From assembly GCA_963733535.1 (NCBI GenBank), contig CAVTDR010000006.1, forward strand, positions 1,798,775-1,862,774: a DNA stretch of 64,000 bases. The letters are read 5' to 3'. The notes beneath the pieces are model-generated. The model saw only the letters and a list, made by a program, of their open reading frames with translations, was not told the origin of the DNA and searched no databases. Position numbers and translations under genes: made by a program. The stretch is from an uncultured Bacteroidota bacterium (GTDB lineage Bacteria; Bacteroidota; Bacteroidia; Bacteroidales; UBA10428). Below are positions 57,002-64,000 of this stretch, piece after piece; positions within the stretch are counted from its first letter, which is position 1; each line of letters begins with the position of its first letter.

Positions 57002-57787
57002 ATGAAAATCAAAATTGGCCTGCTGACTTTTTTTCTAAGTCATTATTTAGCCATTTCATTTGCCCAGGAAACACGTCTGAAATATATTGGCGTGGAAGCC
57101 GGCATGACATTCATTAGAAGTGAAATGTCAGATAAAGAACACGTAAGAGCAGAATTGCCTTCTTACTATATGACGTATTCTGCAAATAGCATAGTAAGCT
57201 GGTCTGTTAAAAGTTTTGCCGGAATTAAGTTTGAAATTTTCTCCCTGAATGACCGATTTGGTTTGCTCGGAGGTATACGCTTTACACATTTGAATCATTC
57301 AATCGGAAAAAATAGCTATTTGATCAACAGTACTGATTATTTTTATTGGTTATATCGTGAGGATGAATTGAATACGGAATATTTAAAAATAAATGAGATA
57401 TATCAAAACGCTAATTATATTGGAATCCCCCTTGAAATCAGATTTTTTACTGAAAAGAGACCCCGGATATTTCAATTCTACATTAAGTTGGGGATTGAAG
57501 TAAATTGTCTCCTGAGTTCAGAAACAGGTATTGTGTTTGATAATTCGGCAATGGAAACATATGAAAAGGAAGTGACCGACATGTTAGAACAACCTGAAGG
57601 AATAAGTGCTGCAATCTATGGTGGAGGCGGTTTTAAATTCGGCAAAGATCAAAGGCCATCTGTAAGCATTGAAGCCTGTATGCCCTACTTCGATTTAACT
57701 CCCAAATCGTCCGGTATTGTTAAACCTATATTTGGAGGAGGTTTTCAGCTTAATTTTCAGGTACCCATTAAATCAAAGGCACAATGA
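57002..57787 (+). CDS. outer-membrane beta-barrel protein (hypothetical)
   Basis: Signal peptide, alternating hydrophobic pattern, and an aromatic-rich C-terminal strand. Confidence 0.45.
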   Translation: MKIKIGLLTFFLSHYLAISFAQETRLKYIGVEAGMTFIRSEMSDKEHVRAELPSYYMTYSANSIVSWSVKSFAGIKFEIFSLNDRFGLLGGIRFTHLNHSIGKNSYLINSTDYFYWLYREDELNTEYLKINEIYQNANYIGIPLEIRFFTEKRPRIFQFYIKLGIEVNCLLSSETGIVFDNSAMETYEKEVTDMLEQPEGISAAIYGGGGFKFGKDQRPSVSIEACMPYFDLTPKSSGIVKPIFGGGFQLNFQVPIKSKAQ

Positions 57788-58398
57788 AAACATTTATACT
57801 GGTTTTTTTAACACTGATTTCCATATTTCTGGTGTCATGCATGAAGGAAAATGAACTTAAGAAATCGGTTTTTATTTATGATCCCGAGAACGTGGATTTA
57901 CCCTCTTATTCCGAATGGGGATATAATACATGTGGCGCTTATTATGATCGCGAAGTATTTGTATCAATTAATGCGTTAGTCCCGGCAAAAATTACCACAA
58001 CGGATACATCTTTTACATTTCTGTTAGATGGACAGAAGGGAGTTTATGATGATTACTATTATTACGATTATTGTGAAATGATGATATCCTTCACATTATC
58101 AGGATTTACACCTGATCATTTTGCCGGCCTGGCCCAATTAAATGATTCTATCATTGATTTGACAAGTTCTGACTGTGACGTTTCAATTACCATTGATACA
58201 ATGAAATATACAGCAGAAATTCTCGATGGGGAACTGAATTTCAAAAGAGTTCAAATTCTAAAAGTGGACAACCAACTTGTGGAAGCCATCTTATCCGGAT
58301 ATTTTGATTTCAAAGCCATCATCAATGATAAGCCGATAACAATATCTGAAGGTAGATTTGATGTGGGCATTGGCCCTGATAACTTTTACGACCTATAA
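57784..58398 (+). CDS. hypothetical lipoprotein
   Basis: LVSCMKEN lipobox. Its start overlaps the upstream stop (ATGA). Confidence 0.45.
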   Translation: MKTFILVFLTLISIFLVSCMKENELKKSVFIYDPENVDLPSYSEWGYNTCGAYYDREVFVSINALVPAKITTTDTSFTFLLDGQKGVYDDYYYYDYCEMMISFTLSGFTPDHFAGLAQLNDSIIDLTSSDCDVSITIDTMKYTAEILDGELNFKRVQILKVDNQLVEAILSGYFDFKAIINDKPITISEGRFDVGIGPDNFYDL

Positions 58399-58433
58399 CC
58401 GATCAGCAATAAATATCCATTAATATGTGATCT

Positions 58434-58964
58434 ATGAAAAAAATATACGTAGCCATCCTGTTTTCATTGTTGATGAACTTTACTTATTGTCAGGAATTGT
58501 CCACATTGATGAAATTGCACGATTTCTGTATTTCATTAGGCAGCATGAATAAAGTTCCCTTCGATACCCTGCTTATGAAGGCAAGAGTGGGGAAAATGGA
58601 TCCCAGAATCGCCGGACAATTGGTATATTTATTAAGAGCGGCTGAGTTTTACAGTTTAAAGGATTATGCAAACTCCAGTTATTATATTCAAAAGGTGGGA
58701 CTTAATTATAAATACTCAGAATATTATAACCTGAAAATGCTTATAAGTATTGGAAATTACGCCCATACAAAAGATATTGAAAATACAGCGAAATACTTCT
58801 ATATAGTGAATAAGGTTGAATATATTGATCCAAAAAATTTGAATACAATTAGAAGCATAATTGCCTCTAATTTTACAAAGAATGAATTTAATGATGCACT
58901 TGCGCATTATTACTATTATCATCAACGATTAAAGCATTTGGATGAGATTGGATTTGTTGAATGA
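58434..58964 (+). CDS. hypothetical secreted protein
   Basis: Has a signal peptide. No motif was recognised. Confidence 0.4.
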   Translation: MKKIYVAILFSLLMNFTYCQELSTLMKLHDFCISLGSMNKVPFDTLLMKARVGKMDPRIAGQLVYLLRAAEFYSLKDYANSSYYIQKVGLNYKYSEYYNLKMLISIGNYAHTKDIENTAKYFYIVNKVEYIDPKNLNTIRSIIASNFTKNEFNDALAHYYYYHQRLKHLDEIGFVE

Positions 58965-59018
58965 TATAAAACCCACACCCTGCGCCCAGAAATCAAAATA
59001 TCTATAAAAACAAAATTA

Positions 59019-59825
59019 ATGAAGGCGTCATTCATGAAACGAATTTTTTACATCATTGCGGCAGTATGGATTTCCCAAATGGGATTCTCACAAAAGGTAG
59101 TTGAGCGGGATTTCAGATCCCATTTTGCCCGTTACGGAGTTGAAGGCTGTTTTGTGTTGTACAACCAGGCCGACAATGAATTCGTGAGATACAATTCAAG
59201 CTTATGCGATTCAGGATATATTCCTGCTTCCACTTTTAAAATTCCCCATTCGTTGATTGCTCTTGAAGAAGGTGTAATTAAGGATACCAACCAGATCATA
59301 AAATGGGATGGACATGAATGGCCCATTAGCACATGGAACCATAACCATACTTTAAAAACTGCCATGAAATATTCGGTTGTTTGGGTATATGTTGGATTTG
59401 CAGAACAGATTGGAATTGATACCTATTACGACTATGTTAGGTCATTTGATTACGGAAATAAAGACTTAACCGGACCTCCTACACGATTTTGGTTGGCCGG
59501 ATTATTTAAGATAAGTGCCAATCAACAAATTGATTTTTTGAGAAAATTTTATAATTACGAGTTACCCGTTGCCCGGGAATCCATTGACGTGGTGAAGAAT
59601 ATCATTGTGATGGAAGAAACTGAAACCTATAAACTAAGTGGCAAAACGGGCGGTGGGATGCTTACTGAAACGGATTATATTATGTGGCTGGTTGGATATG
59701 TGGAGAAAGATCATAAACCTTATTATTTTGCAATGAATTTTAAGACCAATGATTTTACCAAACAGAGTCCATCACGTTACGAGATCACCAAAGATATTTT
59801 AAGGGAATTAAAAATCATCGATTGA
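59019..59825 (+). CDS. class D (OXA-type) beta-lactamase
   Basis: STFK (active-site Ser-x-x-Lys), SVV, YGN, KTG (SGKTGGG) and WLVGY motifs occur in the canonical order and spacing. ATG 59034 is an alternative start. Confidence 0.8.
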   Translation: MKASFMKRIFYIIAAVWISQMGFSQKVVERDFRSHFARYGVEGCFVLYNQADNEFVRYNSSLCDSGYIPASTFKIPHSLIALEEGVIKDTNQIIKWDGHEWPISTWNHNHTLKTAMKYSVVWVYVGFAEQIGIDTYYDYVRSFDYGNKDLTGPPTRFWLAGLFKISANQQIDFLRKFYNYELPVARESIDVVKNIIVMEETETYKLSGKTGGGMLTETDYIMWLVGYVEKDHKPYYFAMNFKTNDFTKQSPSRYEITKDILRELKIID

Positions 59826-59870
59826 ATATTGCTTATAATCTCAAAACCAATCCAATTCAAAATTGAAACC

Positions 59871-60191
59871 ATGCATAATATCACAACCGCCCTCTTTATT
59901 GGATTAATTGCAGGATTAGTGGATGTAATTCCAATGATCATTCAAAAGCTGGATAAAACAAGCTGTATATCAGCTTTCATCCATTATTTTGCACTTGGAA
60001 CGATCATTCCATTTGTAGACTGGGATATAGAACCCTGGTTTAAAGGAATGATCATTTCTGTAATCATGTCATTGCCTGTTATGATTGTTGTATACTCAAA
60101 AGATAAAAAGGCAATTGCTCCCATGATCATCTTTGCGCTTATATTGGGTGCAGGGATTGGAATTGCCGGCTCTAAGTTTATTGGAGCATAA
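59871..60191 (+). CDS. small membrane protein (hypothetical)
   Basis: ATG at 59871, with 3-4 hydrophobic spans. Confidence 0.45.
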   Translation: MHNITTALFIGLIAGLVDVIPMIIQKLDKTSCISAFIHYFALGTIIPFVDWDIEPWFKGMIISVIMSLPVMIVVYSKDKKAIAPMIIFALILGAGIGIAGSKFIGA

Positions 60192-60228
60192 ACCCTGAAA
60201 GCGCCCAATCTTTTCATTAAATTATGAA

Positions 60229-60297
60229 GCTGTCCAAATACAACGCTGTCAGAGTTTAAAAAAACCTGACAGCCTTGATTCATCCATTTTGGACAGC
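60229..60297. terminator. bidirectional hairpin between convergent genes
   Basis: Nested stems: gctgtccaaa (60229-60238) pairs with tttggacagc (60288-60297), and gctgtcag (60245-60252) pairs with ctgacagc (60266-60273). Confidence 0.4.
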
Positions 60298-60311
60298 CTC
60301 AAAGAACAAAA

Positions 60312-60680
60312 TTACATTGGGCCACCGAATCCATTTTTACGCCGTTCTTCCTGCATCTGATCGTATTTTTTCAATTGATCTGCAGTGAGTACTTTTTCAA
60401 GTTCTGCTCTTTTGGCTTTTTCGATTTCCTCTATTTTTTTCCGCACTTCCTCAAAATCTGAGGGTGGGCCTTGCTGGAACATCTCACTTATCTTTTTGGC
60501 ATACTTGAGATTAATTGCATCCACTTTTGTAAGCTGATCCGCACTTAAATTTAAACTCGATTTCATCTCGTCGGTCTGCATTTTCGCCATCTCTTCGGCT
60601 GATGGAGGTTGGGCGCCAACAGCCAAAAACATTGCGAATAGAAAACTTAATGTTAAAAACAAGGTCTTTTTCATAAGCAT
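60312..60680 (-). CDS. periplasmic Spy/CpxP-like (LTxxQ motif) protein
   Basis: Signal peptide and two L(S/T)ADQL motifs in a helical, charged sequence. Confidence 0.5.
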   Translation of the reverse strand: MLMKKTLFLTLSFLFAMFLAVGAQPPSAEEMAKMQTDEMKSSLNLSADQLTKVDAINLKYAKKISEMFQQGPPSDFEEVRKKIEEIEKAKRAELEKVLTADQLKKYDQMQEERRKNGFGGPM

Positions 60681-61027
60681 AGGTTATTATGTTTTGGAAA
60701 TAAATGAACCTCTAAATTCGTGAACTTACTGAACGCATAAAAATCTAATCTGCGATTGGTATCATTTTATAGACAGAAGGCGCTATTTTATGTAGGAAGC
60801 TTATTTAAATAATTTGCAGTATTGTAAGTGACGTACCTTACGGCACTCAAGAATCCGACAACGCATGTTTTCTACCAATATAAAGTCCCTAACGGGACAG
60901 AAACAAATTGAATATAGTCTTTGGACGCCCCATTAATTAAAGAATATGTAAATTAGCCTTAAGATGTAATAGATATACATTGACATACAAAGCTATAGAC
61001 TGTCCTTGGTGTAAACAATAATCAAAA

Positions 61028-63436
61028 ATGAAGGATATGAGAATCCGGTGCAACATACTTGTGATCGTTTTATTTCTGTTGAGCACAAGACTTTCAGCCC
61101 AACAAACGACAGAAATTAATCCTGAATTGCTTCACAAACCGTGGACAGCAAAATGGATTTCATTTCCCGATCATTCCACCCAATATGGGGTTTATTTATT
61201 CAGGAAAGAAGTTACATTCAAAACCAAACCACACAAGTTTATTATTCATGTTTCCGCAGATAATCGCTACCGCTTATTTATAAATGGAGTGTATGTTTGC
61301 AACGGTCCTGCCCGGAGTAGTTTGCTGAAATGGAATTACGAAAGTATCGATATCTCCTCCTATCTCGAAGCCGGTACCAATATTATATCCGCTGTTGTTT
61401 GGAATTTTGCTGAGTTTCGGCCTTTAGCACAGATTTCAGGTCAAACAGGATTCCTCATTCAGGGCAACTCAAAGGATGAAGAAATCATGAATTCAGATAC
61501 CAGCTGGGTGGTATATCATGATAAAGCATATGAACCACTTCTGGTGGTCATCAATGATTATTATGCTGCCGGAGCCGGAGAAGATTTTCATTGCGAAAAA
61601 CATCCCTGGAATTGGATGAATAAGGAAGTGAATACCGGGGACTGGAAACCTGCTCAGATCGTTGAAGATGCAAAACCCACCGGGTTTATCGGATCCTATG
61701 GAGTTGCTTCATCGCATTTGTTGACACAAAGGCAAATTCCTTTTATGGAGGAAACCAAACAACCCTTTTTTGCAATACGTCGTTCCACCATAAAAAACAT
61801 CCCTGAAGGCTTCCTGACAGGGGAAGCGCCATTAACCATAGCTGCTCATTCAAAAGTAAAATTACTCATCGACCAGAATAAAATCACAACCGCTTATCCG
61901 GTACTGAATTTTTCAAAAGGCACGAGAAGCATAATAAAGCTTACTTATGCAGAAAGCTTGTTCGATCCTTCAGGAAATAAAGGCAACCGGAATGATATCA
62001 ATAGCAAGCACATATTGGGAAACGCGGATAGGGTTACCTCTGACGGAGGTGAGAATCGTGTTTTTCAAACGCTGTTCTGGCGCACTTTCAGATTTGTTGA
62101 ACTGGAAATAGAAACAAAGGACGAACCGCTAGTAATCAATAGCTTTTTTAGCATTTTTTCAGCATATCCCCTTGAACAAAAGGCTTCATTTACCAGCGAT
62201 AATCCGCTTTTGAGCGAAATCTGGAATGTGGGCTGGTGGACACAACGTTTATGCTCTAATGAAACCTTTTTTGACTGCCCATACTATGAACAACTGCAAT
62301 ATATTGGTGATTCAAGAATTCAGGCATTGGTTTCAACCTATGTTTCAGGAGATTCACGGTTGACTAAAAATGCCTTATCGGCTTTCCGTGATTCGCAATT
62401 GCCTTTTGGCATTACACAAAGCAGATATCCCAGCAATCAATTGCAAATCATACCTCCTTTTTCGCTGGTATGGGTGACCATGGTTTATGATTATTGGATG
62501 CTACATGAGGATTCGCTTTTTATTGAATCGATGATTCCCGGCATACAAGAAACGCTCAATTGGTTTGAAAATCATTTGGATACTACGGGCATGCTGGGCC
62601 CGGTTGAATGGTGGAATTTTGTAGATTGGGTAGATTCGGAAGGTTGGACAGATGGCAACCCTCCGGCTGCGTATAACGGCAATTCATCGATATTAAGTTT
62701 GCAATTTGTTTACACGTTGGAAAAAGCCACGGCGATATTAGAAGCTTATCAACTGCAGGACCTTGCGCTTAAATATAAAAATCTGGCAAAAAGAATCAAA
62801 AATTCAGTCTATCAAAGATGTTTTGATGTGGACAAAGGATTCATTGCCGATTCGCCTGAGAAAAATACTTTTAGTCAGCATGCCAACATCCTGGCACTAT
62901 TAACCCATACCTTTCCGGAATCTGCCGATATATCCGGTATCATCCATTCGATTTTAGCTGACAAAGATTTGGCGCAAAGCACTTTATATTTTAAATTTTA
63001 TTTGTTTGAAGCCTTTGAAAAATCCGGTTATGGGAATCTGTTTACCTCTTCACTTACTCCCTGGCAGCAAATGCTAGATGTAGGATTAACCACCTTTGCC
63101 GAAAAGGCCGACCCCACACGTTCTGATTGCCATGCCTGGAGTGCTTCTCCGGTTTATTACTTCTTATCACTGGTTGCCGGCATTCAACCTGCCGAACCGG
63201 GTTTCAAATCTGTAAAAATAGAACCTCATCCCGGAGATATTAAAGATATAGATGCCATGATGCATCACGAGCTGGGCACTATTCATGTTGCCCTTAAGAA
63301 AGATGAGAAAAACCATATTACAGGTGAAATTACTTTACCCGTTCATTTAAATGGGGTTTTCGTATGGAATGGAGTGGAAAGTAAACTGCATGAAGGCACG
63401 AATAAAATCGGTGAAGAAGTGAATAGTGGGAGGTGA
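61028..63436 (+). CDS. alpha-L-rhamnosidase-like (GH78-type) glycoside hydrolase
   Basis: Signal peptide; ETFFDCPYYEQLQYIGDSRIQAL and a six-hairpin region ending ..DCHAWSASPVYYF are typical of the GH78 catalytic domain. Confidence 0.65.
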   Translation: MKDMRIRCNILVIVLFLLSTRLSAQQTTEINPELLHKPWTAKWISFPDHSTQYGVYLFRKEVTFKTKPHKFIIHVSADNRYRLFINGVYVCNGPARSSLLKWNYESIDISSYLEAGTNIISAVVWNFAEFRPLAQISGQTGFLIQGNSKDEEIMNSDTSWVVYHDKAYEPLLVVINDYYAAGAGEDFHCEKHPWNWMNKEVNTGDWKPAQIVEDAKPTGFIGSYGVASSHLLTQRQIPFMEETKQPFFAIRRSTIKNIPEGFLTGEAPLTIAAHSKVKLLIDQNKITTAYPVLNFSKGTRSIIKLTYAESLFDPSGNKGNRNDINSKHILGNADRVTSDGGENRVFQTLFWRTFRFVELEIETKDEPLVINSFFSIFSAYPLEQKASFTSDNPLLSEIWNVGWWTQRLCSNETFFDCPYYEQLQYIGDSRIQALVSTYVSGDSRLTKNALSAFRDSQLPFGITQSRYPSNQLQIIPPFSLVWVTMVYDYWMLHEDSLFIESMIPGIQETLNWFENHLDTTGMLGPVEWWNFVDWVDSEGWTDGNPPAAYNGNSSILSLQFVYTLEKATAILEAYQLQDLALKYKNLAKRIKNSVYQRCFDVDKGFIADSPEKNTFSQHANILALLTHTFPESADISGIIHSILADKDLAQSTLYFKFYLFEAFEKSGYGNLFTSSLTPWQQMLDVGLTTFAEKADPTRSDCHAWSASPVYYFLSLVAGIQPAEPGFKSVKIEPHPGDIKDIDAMMHHELGTIHVALKKDEKNHITGEITLPVHLNGVFVWNGVESKLHEGTNKIGEEVNSGR

Positions 63437-63682
63437 TCAGTAATCAGTAATCAGTGTTGGAATGGATGCTGGATACTGGATACTGGATGCCTGCCTGGCT
63501 TGGGCTATGCGATGGCAGGCAGGCTGGATGTGCGGGAGTTGGGAGAGGAGTATGGGGTGTGTGTAAAATCGGTAATTGGTAATTGGCGTGAAGAAGAATT
63601 AGAAATTAACAATTAGTAATTAGTAATTGGGGGAAAGGTAACCGGTACCGATTACTGATTACTGATTACCCTGGTTTTGCCA

Positions 63683-63764
63683 GGCTGAAAGCCTTATTTA
63701 ATTCAGCCCGATGGCAACGCCTCGGGTAATGGGTTCATCACAGAACCTGCGCCCTGAAAGGGCA
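63683..63764 (+). repeat. REP unit (same family as those flanking the RAYT gene)
   Basis: ggctgaaagccttatttaattcagcccgatggcaacgcctcgggt...gccctgaaagggca is nearly identical to 55850-55932. Confidence 0.8.
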
Positions 63765-64000
63765 ATTTAAACTGTTTTTTCAGGGGTTCATCCACTTATC
63801 CCACGAGTCCCCCTATCCCATAAAACCAAACCACAAAGGCGCGAAGTCGCAAAGCAAAGAATTTATTTACCGGACCAGTAAAGATGAAGGCACGAAGTTC
63901 AAAATGTCTTTGACATTTTTGAAAACCCGAGACTACTTACTGCGAAATTCAACCCCTTCAGGGTTGATGATTCTTCCGATACTGTATCCACGGGTTTCAC

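Overview
AT-rich bacterial chromosome segment, most likely Bacteroidota. Supporting signs are a T9SS C-terminal sorting domain, a TonB-dependent receptor followed by DUF4249 genes, MORN/YwqK-type lipoproteins and DUF2339/DUF3999. Almost all genes are on the + strand.

The window has two parts. (1) About 1-13.7 kb, with further patches at 17-24 kb and 28-36 kb, is accessory DNA. It holds short unrelated genes: a TIR-like protein with two partners, a 2-TM protein, a Zn-ribbon/PD-(D/E)xK nuclease-like protein, a glycine-zipper protein and a DUF488 fusion pair. These are separated by long GC-rich mosaic repeat blocks and insertion sequences. (2) About 36-63 kb is ordinary housekeeping and envelope content: methyltransferases, LysE, GNAT, a TonB receptor cluster, DUF2339/DUF3999, HAD, a class D beta-lactamase and a GH78-like glycosidase. 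It is still peppered with REP/MITE-type repeats.

Mobile DNA:
- Two full IS1595-family copies, two truncated copies and one solo end. All sit in the same 8-bp site (TCGGACCG) of one conserved repeat module.
- Three copies of a 1672-bp IS110/IS1111-like element encoding identical 418-aa transposases. All are inserted at CTGGATA inside another repeat module, and two form a perfect head-to-tail dimer.
- One RAYT (REP-associated Y1 transposase) flanked by inverted REPs.
- Remnants of an IS3-like integrase.

No rRNA, complete tRNA or CRISPR array was seen.

Best candidates for something new:
- The TIR-like three-gene locus at 3.7-5.9 kb.
- The cassette-like organisation (gene followed by a conserved ~95-bp 3' module whose start looks like a tRNA 3' end).
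- The long 3' non-coding arm of the IS110-like element as a candidate bridge/seek RNA.
- The DUF488-fusion gene pair.

All family assignments come from motif recognition by eye. No searches were run.
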